From: a virus
Taxonomy: Duplodnaviria > Heunggongvirae > Uroviricota > Caudoviricetes
DNA length: 19,839 nt
Direction: 5' to 3' (one strand)
Virus record (IMG/VR): IMGVR_UViG_2778261687_000006
Span: 1 to 19,839 of that record
Part shown: one piece after another, positions 1 through 6,879 of the stretch
Layout: each line of letters starts with the position of its first letter
Numbering within the stretch: position 1 is the first letter of the stretch
Translations under genes and position numbers: made by a program
The notes under the pieces: generated by a model
Told to the model about the DNA's origin: nothing
What the model saw: the letters and a program-made list of their open reading frames with translations, nothing else
Database searches by the model: none

Positions 1-195
1 TTAATTATTCTGCTGATTTTCTTCCATCTCTGCTTCTGCTGCCAGTGATTCAATTTTGTCTGCGAATATTGCTGACAGCGTTGCAAATTCAGCATCAGTG
101 ACAGCGGGAATTGGAACAAACCTGATCCCACTATGTGCAAGCATGTTTGCAGTTTCAAGGCATTTCCTTAAATCTGCAGGTGATGCCCTGTTCAT
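1..195 (-). CDS. Hypothetical small phage protein (about 64 aa); start ATG overlaps the stop of the upstream methyltransferase gene (ATGA)
   Basis: ORF track frame 1..315; internal ATG at 193-195 overlaps the TGA of the 192..842 gene, suggesting translational coupling. The longer 315 start would overlap the methyltransferase by about 120 nt. No family recognised. Confidence 0.4.
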   Translation of the reverse strand: MNRASPADLRKCLETANMLAHSGIRFVPIPAVTDAEFATLSAIFADKIESLAAEAEMEENQQNN

Positions 196-842
196 GCTGC
201 ACGCTCCCGTCCCTGGTTGTCTGTTGGTGACAGCGGAGCATTGCTGAATGCATTTGTTAATCCGCCAATATCCAACGCGTATCCTGGGTGTAGTTGCACG
301 GCCGGGTCTTCGCACTGATTACCCCAAACATCGAAGCCATGAGACGACTGGCGGGCGAACAGTTCAATGCGAGAAACATCGCCTAACAATTGCACAAGTT
401 TTTCACGAACGACATCTGGTTTTCTTGAATGCTCAAGCCGCGGTGCGGTAAATGACTGAACGATCCCTGCATTAATGCGCGTAGGTAGTTTTCCCTTAAC
501 TGCAAACAGGCAATCTTCACTATTGGCGCGAGTCATGTGCCCCATACCCATAACCAGTTTATCTGGTTGTCGACTACCACATTTTATCCACGTGAAGCCC
601 TTCATGGTCATCAGACGGAATCCCCAGGCTTCAACAACTTTTAGTGCTTCGAGTGGTTGTGTTGGCACCCACCACATGGCCAACAGACAGTTTTCACCGG
701 CCAAATCCCACACAGGAAGGCGGCAGATATCCAGCACACTCATAACCGGATATTTAAAACCGGCACCGCGATTACCATCTGCGGCTTTGTCCCGGTATAC
801 CCAGGGTGGATCTGCATAGATTAGTGTGTATTTCTTAGTCAT
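192..842 (-). CDS. MT-A70 family DNA N6-adenine methyltransferase (phage orphan methylase)
   Basis: 216 aa ORF with the catalytic DPPW motif in context LIYADPPWVY near the N-terminus, typical of MT-A70/Dam-like phage methyltransferases. No restriction endonuclease partner adjacent. Confidence 0.85.
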   Translation of the reverse strand: MTKKYTLIYADPPWVYRDKAADGNRGAGFKYPVMSVLDICRLPVWDLAGENCLLAMWWVPTQPLEALKVVEAWGFRLMTMKGFTWIKCGSRQPDKLVMGMGHMTRANSEDCLFAVKGKLPTRINAGIVQSFTAPRLEHSRKPDVVREKLVQLLGDVSRIELFARQSSHGFDVWGNQCEDPAVQLHPGYALDIGGLTNAFSNAPLSPTDNQGRERAA

Positions 843-1134
843 AAACCACCCCGCAACATCCTATGCCGCTATAGTCGCCACGGCGAAGGCCGTTACCTTT
901 TGTGATACATTGGTCCCTGCGAACCGCGATCCTTGCACGCTCAACATCACCAGAAGCAACATCCATACACTGAAGCCAAAGGTGGGCAGCAATGCGGAAC
1001 TGCCCTTTTTTCTCTCTTTCAATCGCGCGTTTTTCGATCTCTATCGCCGCAGGAGTAACGGCAACAACCTTTGAAGGGCTGCGCATTGAAACCTTGTTCA
1101 TGTGATATTTTTCAAGTCGGCTTAACTTTCTCAC
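835..1134 (-). CDS. Hypothetical phage protein; start uncertain (GTG 1134, ATG 1101 or ATG 1086)
   Basis: ORF of 99 codons from the GTG; 3' end overlaps the methyltransferase start by 8 nt. AAGG lies 6 nt upstream of the ATG at 1086. No recognisable domain. Confidence 0.4.
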   Translation of the reverse strand: MRKLSRLEKYHMNKVSMRSPSKVVAVTPAAIEIEKRAIEREKKGQFRIAAHLWLQCMDVASGDVERARIAVRRDQCITKGNGLRRGDYSGIGCCGVVYD

Positions 1135-1243
1135 TTAATCCAACCCTCTCTGAAAATTAATGCCAGCAGATAAAGCCATGCTGAAACAGAGGCCAGGAAT
1201 AAGTACCATCCTGACCATTTGCTCCAGAGCCTTAGCAGTACAC

Positions 1244-1492
1244 TCATGCCGCGTTGCTCACAGGACGATATACACGTTGCTGAACAGGAGGTTTTTTACC
1301 CTGGAACTCTGCCGGGCTTGCTGCCTGACGTTCATCAAGCCAACGCTCAACTTCATCACGGTTCCATGCGCAGCGTTTGTCAGTGATATACCAGCGTTTA
1401 GGAAATTCCCCTGCGCGCTCCATACGGTCGATAGTGCTCCATGACAGTGGCACCACCGCCAGGAGTTCCTTCTTACCTAATGCACCTTTCAT
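1244..1492 (-). CDS. AlpA-family phage transcriptional regulator / excisionase-like HTH protein
   Basis: 82 aa; segment LLAVVPLSWSTIDRMERAGEFPKRWYITDKRCAWNRDEVERWL matches the AlpA/Xis-like HTH pattern (helix ... AGEFP ... W..E...W). RBS GAGAGG 6 nt upstream of the ATG. Confidence 0.7.
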   Translation of the reverse strand: MKGALGKKELLAVVPLSWSTIDRMERAGEFPKRWYITDKRCAWNRDEVERWLDERQAASPAEFQGKKPPVQQRVYRPVSNAA

Positions 1493-1541
1493 AAATACCT
1501 CTCTTGGTTGCAGTGCGGCGCGTGTGGCGCCGCGGTGGTGG

Positions 1542-2483
1542 TTACATAGATGTTTCGTTTAATTCTTCCCGACGAACGCTGTAAACGTCGGTGGCTTTTG
1601 CCAGCAGTTCGTCATCATCTGAAAGTTTTTGTGCAATGTATTTGTAAGCCTTATCCAGTTCGGAGACAGTGCTGTAATTCATCGCTGCGCTGGTAAAGGC
1701 CATCAGCATTTCTTCTGGATCACGGCTATCCGATTTACGCGTTTGCTCATCAGGCTTTTTCGCTGGTTTAGCGTTGATCAGACTGTTCATTCCCGCAGCA
1801 GTGGTCGTTTGCGGAGTAATGTCTCGCTCAACGCGCGGTGCCGTTTCCTGTAATTCGTCTGGGGTGTAGACGCCCATGATTACGTCAGGACAGTGCAGGC
1901 GAGACCAGCGTTTTGTCGCAAGGTATGCGAGTTGTTGTTTCGGATCACTGGCCCAAAGTGTGGAGTTTCTTACCTGTGCTTGAGACAGCATTAACTCAAG
2001 CACTCGAGGTTGATCCTCGCCCTTCATGGTTGCCCATACGCGAACACCGCAGCCTTCTTCGTCTTTTAGAGTCCAGCCTGGTGCGATATATGGATTGCCG
2101 TTTTTGGATGTTTTCTCAACAAACTTACCGATCACGCGTTCCCACGGCCCGAACCACTCGTAGTTGATGCGATCTTTTGTTGGCGACATCGTTGAGATAA
2201 CTGCGTTTACTAATTGGGCTTCATAACCTAGCGTGCCGTTCACAACATGGGTTTTCTGAGCCACGGCAAACGGGTTCATTCCCCACTGCGCAGCCTGCAT
2301 TGCCACGGCCATGCAATCAGCTGGTTTCCCGGCGAGGTGCGCCGGTACCGTTACGCGGCTTTGCGCCATTACCTCGGCGAATTTCATCAGTTGGTTCAAG
2401 CCGTCTGGGCTGAAAATAGTTGCAGCAGTTCCAGCGATTGCTGTGTCTACTGGTGCGTTGATGTTTGCGATGTCGTTGCTCAT
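1542..2483 (-). CDS. RecT/Redbeta-superfamily single-strand annealing protein (phage recombinase)
   Basis: About 313 aa from the ATG at 2481-2483, which overlaps the TGA of the upstream exonuclease gene. Motifs WGMNPF and ERDITP resemble the lambda Bet / RecT family as I recall it. Paired with an exonuclease. Confidence 0.8.
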   Translation of the reverse strand: MSNDIANINAPVDTAIAGTAATIFSPDGLNQLMKFAEVMAQSRVTVPAHLAGKPADCMAVAMQAAQWGMNPFAVAQKTHVVNGTLGYEAQLVNAVISTMSPTKDRINYEWFGPWERVIGKFVEKTSKNGNPYIAPGWTLKDEEGCGVRVWATMKGEDQPRVLELMLSQAQVRNSTLWASDPKQQLAYLATKRWSRLHCPDVIMGVYTPDELQETAPRVERDITPQTTTAAGMNSLINAKPAKKPDEQTRKSDSRDPEEMLMAFTSAAMNYSTVSELDKAYKYIAQKLSDDDELLAKATDVYSVRREELNETSM

Positions 2484-3301
2484 ATGTACATATCCTGTTT
2501 GCGTGCCCACTCAGGGCGTTTAATGATTTCCACACCGCCCCATTCATCATTGATGCGGCATTCGTGATAGGTATTCAGATCCCGGCGGAACAGAGCGTGC
2601 CCGGCATCGACATCCTGCGCATCCAGCTCGAACACGCGTACCGGATACCGACCACAATCAATGCTTTCGCTCACGGCAAGAAAGAAAAAACCATGCGGCT
2701 GACCAGTAACCCTCATTGCGCCTTCGCGGTACATTGCGTCCTGCACGTGGTAGCGGAATTCCTCGATGTGGCGTGCAAAACGGTCCATATCTGCAACCTT
2801 TTTCACGTCGACGATCACGTTGTGCTCGTTCAGCCATTTGTCTGGACGAATTCGGCACAACTCACCCGTCTCTTCATCGTTCCAGTACATTGATGCTTCG
2901 CAGTAACCAGGTGCTTCCAACATCCAGCGTGCCGCCGGGTGAGCCATTGCGCTATCACGCATCAGCTCCAGTTTCCGCCACTGCTCGGCATCAAGTACCG
3001 TAATCCCCATATCCGCCACATCACGAAGAAATGCCTCTTCGTCAGCTTTACCTTGTTTCGTCCGACGATCGAATTTCGGTGAAACAATGAAGCGTTTGTC
3101 GAACTCTCTAGGCTCCAGAAGCAGACAGTGCAATGCGGTTCCCATATCCAGTGCAGACTTTTTCTCTTCGTCTTCTGGTGCTGCCTGAACCCATTTAAGA
3201 AGCGCCGGATTCTTGGCAACCATGTCCAGTTGCGACTTACTCACGCCGTCACCGGCGTGGTAGTCCTCATTGCTGATGTCGAAATAGATGCCAGTATTCA
3301 T
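2480..3301 (-). CDS. Phage PD-(D/E)XK exonuclease (YqaJ-like viral recombinase nuclease)
   Basis: 273 aa; N-terminal ISNEDYHAGDGVSKSQLD and a D...E.K-like core (RIRPDKW ... IVDVKKV), typical of YqaJ/lambda-Exo-like nucleases found upstream of RecT. Gene overlaps both neighbours. Confidence 0.8.
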   Translation of the reverse strand: MNTGIYFDISNEDYHAGDGVSKSQLDMVAKNPALLKWVQAAPEDEEKKSALDMGTALHCLLLEPREFDKRFIVSPKFDRRTKQGKADEEAFLRDVADMGITVLDAEQWRKLELMRDSAMAHPAARWMLEAPGYCEASMYWNDEETGELCRIRPDKWLNEHNVIVDVKKVADMDRFARHIEEFRYHVQDAMYREGAMRVTGQPHGFFFLAVSESIDCGRYPVRVFELDAQDVDAGHALFRRDLNTYHECRINDEWGGVEIIKRPEWARKQDMYI

Positions 3302-3504
3302 AACTTAACCTTGTATTCGTTCTGCTTGTTGGAACGGGTTCCATCGTGGAAATATATTGCGCTCCTGGTTACCTCTACCCATTTGCGACGTTCAAGCTCA
3401 GCGATGAACCAAGAAACCTTCGATCTTGAGATACCAAGAATCTTTGCCATATCTCGGATGCTGTGTTTTCCACCTCGCAGCAATGAGAGGAGTGTTGGTT
3501 TCAT
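3298..3504 (-). CDS. Small HTH / winged-helix DNA-binding protein
   Basis: 68 aa; HSIRDMAKILGISRSKVSWFIAELERRKWVEV looks like a helix-turn-helix. Start ATG 3502-3504 overlaps the stop of the upstream gene; stop overlaps the exonuclease start. Confidence 0.5.
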   Translation of the reverse strand: MKPTLLSLLRGGKHSIRDMAKILGISRSKVSWFIAELERRKWVEVTRSAIYFHDGTRSNKQNEYKVKL

Positions 3505-3800
3505 GCCGCGTCCCTCTGCCCATCAAGCTGATCAGCCAGATCCCAGCGGGCGATAATTGCCATTGCCTCGCGCCGGTAGGCATCCATTAGTTCTTCGAAC
3601 TCAGGGCTGTCTTTAGCGGCCTCCAGTACTTCCTGGCGAACGCCTTTAACTGTTACAACGTCGAAAGTTGATGCCAGTTGATGAAGCCGGATACTCTCAA
3701 TCAGTTCAACTTGTCGGTCATATAGCTGTTCTGACAGACGGTAGTCCTTGTCGAATGCCAGCATGATTTTTTGAAGATTTTTCTGCTGATTAACGTTCAT
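3501..3800 (-). CDS. Hypothetical early phage protein (99 aa)
   Basis: ORF in the 3501..3815 frame; preferred start is the ATG at 3798-3800 (MNVNQQ...), preceded by GGAGG at a good spacing. No family recognised. Confidence 0.5.
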   Translation of the reverse strand: MNVNQQKNLQKIMLAFDKDYRLSEQLYDRQVELIESIRLHQLASTFDVVTVKGVRQEVLEAAKDSPEFEELMDAYRREAMAIIARWDLADQLDGQRDAA

Positions 3801-3802
3801 TA

Positions 3803-3955
3803 TCAGCCCTCCCATATCTCGTTATCGTTGGCCACATCGCGAGCTTCTTTGCTGACGAAAGCCCACTTAATGCCTTCCTGTAAGGTGCGGAACTTCCAGC
3901 TCATGAATCCGCATGCAGTAACGCAGTACCAACCGTTGATGATTTTCCACTGCAT
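3803..3955 (-). CDS. Small 50-aa ORF, first gene of the leftward early operon; not in the ORF track
   Basis: Hand translation MQWKIINGWYCVTACGFMSWKFRTLQEGIKWAFVSKEARDVANDNEIWEG; GAGG 9 nt upstream; stop TGA 3803-3805 lies 2 nt from the next start (TGATAATG). Confidence 0.3.
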   Translation of the reverse strand: MQWKIINGWYCVTACGFMSWKFRTLQEGIKWAFVSKEARDVANDNEIWEG

Positions 3956-3974
3956 AACTTGTTACCTCGGTCTG

Positions 3975-3989
3975 TTACCGTTTAGGTAA
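3975..3989. promoter_or_regulatory. Dyad operator-like site TTACCGTTTAGGTAA
   Basis: Inverted half-sites TTACC / GGTAA with a 5-bp spacer, overlapping the start of the leftward transcript. Confidence 0.5.
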
Positions 3990-4017
3990 TAATTATGCGT
4001 ATGTGGTTTGATGTCAA
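3989..4017 (-). promoter_or_regulatory. Candidate leftward early promoter (pL-like): -35 TTGACA at 4012-4017 (minus strand), -10-like TAATTA near 3989-3994
   Basis: Perfect TTGACA on the minus strand, about 16 bp spacer, A/T hexamer; flanked by dyad sites at 3975-3989 and 4037-4051. Confidence 0.4.
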
Positions 4018-4036
4018 TAGATATGAGTTAAAAAAA

Positions 4037-4051
4037 TTACCCGTTAGGTAA
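4037..4051. promoter_or_regulatory. Dyad operator-like site TTACCCGTTAGGTAA
   Basis: Same TTACC-N5-GGTAA dyad, upstream of the pL-like -35. Confidence 0.5.
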
Positions 4052-4060
4052 TCGAATAGG

Positions 4061-4086
4061 CAATAAAAAAGCCGCCATAAGGCGGC
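4061..4086 (-). terminator. Rho-independent terminator for the repressor-like gene
   Basis: On the minus strand: GCCGCC-ttat-GGCGGC hairpin followed by TTTTTTATTG, directly downstream of the stop of the 4109..4693 gene. Confidence 0.7.
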
Positions 4087-4108
4087 TTACTTACTGAAAA
4101 ATATGGTT

Positions 4109-4693
4109 TTATTGTTTGTTTTTTTCGTTCTGGTTGATGACAAATTCAATGTAACTTTCGATCTTTGCTTTCTCGGTTTCGGGTAACAATGCGTAGCGCG
4201 AGCGATCATAGTTGATGGTCGCAGGGTCGTGCGGGTGAATCAGTAATTCATAGCCGTGACGCCCGAATGCGGATGCAACATTCTCCAGGGTGGAAATGGA
4301 AACGCTGACCTCATTGTTTAACAGGCGGCTGATTGTCACCTGGGCGACGCCGGATGCGCGGTGTAGTTTTCCCTGCGTTGAAAGGTCGCGGCTTTCGCTC
4401 ATCCAGCGTTCCAGGTTGTGAGCCGCCAACTGACCAATGTCGCTTGGGCCGACAGGCTGAAAACCTTCCTGAGAAAGCGAGCGATCGATATCAAGCCAGT
4501 TACGGGGTTTATTGGCGGCAGCTTCAATTTTTCGTGCAACCTGGTCGCCGATAACCTTCTTGCCAAGAGCCCAGCGGTTTACCAGATTTGCCTGAGTTCC
4601 AAGTTTTTCAGCCATCCGCGTCTGAACACCATTGAATTCACGGTCGATCAAGTCGTTGAGATTTTGCCTGCGGACGTCCTGGATACTTTTCAT
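4109..4693 (-). CDS. Phage repressor-like protein with two XRE-type HTH domains, no peptidase S24 domain evident
   Basis: 194 aa; two HTH-like segments (TRMAEKLGTQANLVNRWALGKKVIGDQVARKIEAA and LHRASGVAQVTISRLLNNEVSVSISTLENVASAFG). Divergent from a Cro-like gene with operator repeats between. No Ala-Gly/Ser/Lys autocleavage signature seen. Confidence 0.65.
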   Translation of the reverse strand: MKSIQDVRRQNLNDLIDREFNGVQTRMAEKLGTQANLVNRWALGKKVIGDQVARKIEAAANKPRNWLDIDRSLSQEGFQPVGPSDIGQLAAHNLERWMSESRDLSTQGKLHRASGVAQVTISRLLNNEVSVSISTLENVASAFGRHGYELLIHPHDPATINYDRSRYALLPETEKAKIESYIEFVINQNEKNKQ

Positions 4694-4748
4694 TTTCTGG
4701 AAAATCGCCTCATATCTGAATCAGAAGATGATTCAATTTAAAGCAATA

Positions 4749-4822
4749 TTACCCAACAGGTAAATGCACCTCACGGGTAACTATCCTTGATTTTTGTTAC
4801 CTTATAGGTGAATATTTATTAT
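4749..4822. promoter_or_regulatory. Immunity-region operator/promoter cluster: three dyad sites (4749-4763, 4766-4780 degenerate, 4797-4811) and a PR-like promoter (-35 TTGTTA 4794-4799, -10 TATTAT 4817-4822)
   Basis: Three TTACC-N5-GGTAA-type sites spaced about 17-30 bp apart between the divergent genes; the third sits in the spacer of a plus-strand promoter 26 bp upstream of the Cro-like ATG. Confidence 0.5.
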
Positions 4823-4847
4823 CTGAAATAAATATCAGGCAATAGCT

Positions 4848-5078
4848 ATGAGCGATAACGGACATTTCGATTTCAAAAAGCACTGGCTTGCACTTACTCC
4901 GGATGAGCGTGAAGCCTTCGCACAGGAAGCCGGAACGACGAGTCACTATATCCAGACTCACTTAACAGGTAAGCGCAAAATGCCAGGTAAGGTATTGATG
5001 GATGGGCTTTTTAAAGCCTGTAAATCAAGACAATGGCTGCGCTCAAAAGCAGAACTGGCATACTTCTTCTACTCATGA
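4848..5078 (+). CDS. Cro-like small HTH regulator
   Basis: 76 aa, divergent from the repressor-like gene; HTH-like segment TPDEREAFAQEAGTTSHYIQTHLTGKRKMP; followed directly by an intrinsic terminator. Confidence 0.55.
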   Translation: MSDNGHFDFKKHWLALTPDEREAFAQEAGTTSHYIQTHLTGKRKMPGKVLMDGLFKACKSRQWLRSKAELAYFFYS

Positions 5079-5100
5079 TATCCAGCCACAACCCTCTGTA

Positions 5101-5122
5101 GACCGCCATCCGGCGGTCTTTT
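5101..5122 (+). terminator. Rho-independent terminator after the Cro-like gene
   Basis: GACCGCC-atcc-GGCGGTC hairpin followed by TTTT. Confidence 0.6.
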
Positions 5123-5133
5123 CATATCTATTC

Positions 5134-5148
5134 GTACCTCAAAGGTAA
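5134..5148. promoter_or_regulatory. Dyad operator-like site GTACCTCAAAGGTAA
   Basis: TTACC-N5-GGTAA family member just after the Cro terminator; an ATATGGTT box follows at 5160-5167. Confidence 0.45.
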
Positions 5149-5161
5149 TAAAAAACCAAAT

Positions 5162-5422
5162 ATGGTTGATCTTTTTTTTGTGTCAGCACAAAATAACCGT
5201 AATCCCAATACCAATAACAGGGCTTACCATGGAAATCATTACACGTATTTCGCTGTGATGCTCGCCACCGGAGAGATGGAACTGCACGAAGTGAAAGGTT
5301 TCTGGACCGACGACGCCAGGGTGAAAACCAAAGTCGCCGCAGATCAGTATCCGTTCCGAATCATCGGGGTAACGGTTAAACCAAAGAAAGCAGGTGGTGG
5401 CTGGAACATCGAAGAGTTCTGA
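5162..5422 (+). CDS. Hypothetical small protein; start codon uncertain (ATG 5162, or internal ATGs giving about 48-55 aa)
   Basis: ORF track entry; the first ATG lies inside the conserved ATATGGTT box and lacks an RBS. Coding status doubtful. Confidence 0.3.
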   Translation: MVDLFFVSAQNNRNPNTNNRAYHGNHYTYFAVMLATGEMELHEVKGFWTDDARVKTKVAADQYPFRIIGVTVKPKKAGGGWNIEEF

Positions 5423-5483
5423 ATCGACGATCTTTTTAGTTATCAATGTAATCAATAAGTTATGTGGATAAGCGAGGGTAAAG

Positions 5484-6197
5484 ATGGAAAGTAATATCAA
5501 AGGGTTAGTTTCCGCCGGGCATGAGATGGCTTCGGAACTGAAAGCAGAATGTGGTGCCGTTGATATGCGCAGTGTGGCAAAGCTGATCAGCGATTTGGCA
5601 ACGCAACTGGAAGTGCAACTGGTGCGTGCTAATGCGCTGGCCGAAGACCACCAGAGAGCCATTGAGTCAATTAAACAGGCTGATTCGGCTGTTAAGTTGG
5701 CACACGAGAAGTTTTCGGCGCTGGCTGCGGAGAATGCAAGACTGAAGGCCGGGGCTATGTATTTCTCATATGGCTCTGAATTTAGTTTCGAGTGTCACAA
5801 AACTGCTGAGGAGGCTATCGCTGCTGCTGAGGCTGCAATTGACGACTATAGAGGCGATGCTTGCGATGGATGGAGCGAAGAGGTCGAAAGCATTTGCTGG
5901 GGGGTAATTATTCAGCAGGCAACCAAGGTCGGTGAACGCAAGAAGAGGAAATGCGACAGAGTATCACCATGGATTGAAAGAGTTTGTGATTATGAGCTTC
6001 GACCTAATGTCGAAACCCCAGCCACCGATGCTTTCCTTGCTGAAGTTCGGGCGCAGGGGGTGGATATGGCTCGTAACGCGATGATTGATTTTGTTGATGG
6101 TGAAGTTGGGCCAAACAAGAACGTTCCGGGGCTGATTAGAGGCGCAGAGATATGCGTAAGTATTGCTGAACAGCTTCGCAAAGGAGGCAACCAGTGA
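5484..6197 (+). CDS. Hypothetical phage early protein with coiled-coil N-terminus (possibly Ea22-like)
   Basis: 237 aa; RBS GAGGG before the ATG; heptad-like Ala/Glu-rich N-terminal region; stop overlaps the start of the next gene. Confidence 0.55.
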   Translation: MESNIKGLVSAGHEMASELKAECGAVDMRSVAKLISDLATQLEVQLVRANALAEDHQRAIESIKQADSAVKLAHEKFSALAAENARLKAGAMYFSYGSEFSFECHKTAEEAIAAAEAAIDDYRGDACDGWSEEVESICWGVIIQQATKVGERKKRKCDRVSPWIERVCDYELRPNVETPATDAFLAEVRAQGVDMARNAMIDFVDGEVGPNKNVPGLIRGAEICVSIAEQLRKGGNQ

Positions 6198-6613
6198 GCG
6201 AAATTAATTACCAGGCACTGCGTGAGGCGGCGGAACGTGCAATTCCAGCAATGGAACGCCTGTTAATGTTGCCAGCTGATGATGATTTGTTAAGTGAACA
6301 GGAACTTAAAGATTACGGTGTGGATATTGATGCGCTCAACGCCTTCAAATTTCTGGCCGGACCAGAAACCGTGCTGGCACTACTGGATGAACGGGAAAGG
6401 AACCAGCAATACATCAAATCCCGCGATCAGGAGAACGAGGATATTGCGCTAACGGTTGGGAGGCTGCTAATCGAAAACGGCCGGCTTGTTGCCGATACGC
6501 TACGCCACTTAGCTGATAACGAAATCGACTCTGATTATTTTGCTATCACCTCAACGAATGAGAACGGTACTGAAATTGATCATGAGATGGCTATTACTGA
6601 GCCGCCAGGATGA
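6194..6613 (+). CDS. Ead/Ea22-like family phage protein (recollection-based assignment)
   Basis: 139 aa; GTG start with strong RBS AAGGAGG 6 nt upstream; N-terminus MSEINYQALREAAERA and VLALLDERERNQQ resemble lambdoid Ea22-like proteins as I remember them. Confidence 0.55.
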   Translation: MSEINYQALREAAERAIPAMERLLMLPADDDLLSEQELKDYGVDIDALNAFKFLAGPETVLALLDERERNQQYIKSRDQENEDIALTVGRLLIENGRLVADTLRHLADNEIDSDYFAITSTNENGTEIDHEMAITEPPG

Positions 6614-6761
6614 TGCACGTGTGCGCTGGCGTATAAAATCGATCAGCAGAAAACGGTGCGGTAAGTGCGGCGAGAGAGTTCCTGTTAATTCATGCCCGTG
6701 TAATGGTGACTCGCAATGCTGGGTGAATAAAGGCTGGCATGAAACGAAATTAATAGTGTGA
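6540..6761 (+). CDS. Possible small Cys-rich (zinc-ribbon-like) protein; coding status uncertain
   Basis: ORF overlaps the 3' end of the previous gene in another frame; C-terminal CGKCGERVPVNSCPCNGDSQCW has CxxC ... CxC spacing. Its stop codon lies inside the GTGACATGTCAC palindrome. Confidence 0.25.
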   Translation: MLSPQRMRTVLKLIMRWLLLSRQDDARVRWRIKSISRKRCGKCGERVPVNSCPCNGDSQCWVNKGWHETKLIV

Positions 6762-6769
6762 CATGTCAC
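6758..6769. repeat. Perfect 12-bp palindrome GTGACATGTCAC, copy 1
   Basis: Read directly; overlaps the stop codon of the 6540..6761 ORF, upstream of the terS terminator. Confidence 0.9.
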
Positions 6770-6810
6770 GAGTAGATTATGCATGATGAATTTGATGGGT
6801 TTTGAATACT

Positions 6811-6837
6811 GCCGCCAACTATGGCGGCTTTATTTTG
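6811..6837 (+). terminator. Terminator-like hairpin upstream of terS
   Basis: GCCGCC-aactat-GGCGGC followed by TTTATTTTG; same stem sequence as the 4061-4086 terminator. Confidence 0.5.
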
Positions 6838-6843
6838 CATGGT

Positions 6844-6872
6844 ACTATTACCACAACGGTAACTATTACCAC
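6844..6872 (+). repeat. Tandem direct repeat ACTATTACCAC (6844-6854 and 6862-6872) immediately upstream of terS
   Basis: GGTACTATTACCACAACGGTAACTATTACCACGG read directly; includes an inverted GGTAA-cta-TTACC arrangement. Confidence 0.8.
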
Positions 6873-6879
6873 GGTGGTT

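Noticed and set aside
1-315. Long form of the leftmost small ORF starting at 315
   Set aside because: It would overlap the 3' end of the methyltransferase gene by about 120 nt; the internal ATG at 195 gives a typical ATGA coupling instead.
56-819. Plus-strand ORFs 56..247, 248..451 and 475..819 overlapping the methyltransferase gene
   Set aside because: They lie antisense to a gene with a clear catalytic motif and have no RBS or recognisable features; treated as shadow ORFs.
1160-2893. Plus-strand ORFs (1160..1444, 1377..1562, 1629..1853, 1913..2167, 2247..2567, 2311..2523, 2465..2893) antisense to the AlpA, RecT and exonuclease genes
   Set aside because: Antisense to well-supported genes; the translations are low-complexity and Arg/Cys/His-rich.
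6802-6879. Long TTG-initiated form of the terS ORF
   Set aside because: Its N-terminus (TITTTVTITTVV) is the translation of the tandem ACTATTACCAC repeat; the ATG at 6880 is the more plausible start.
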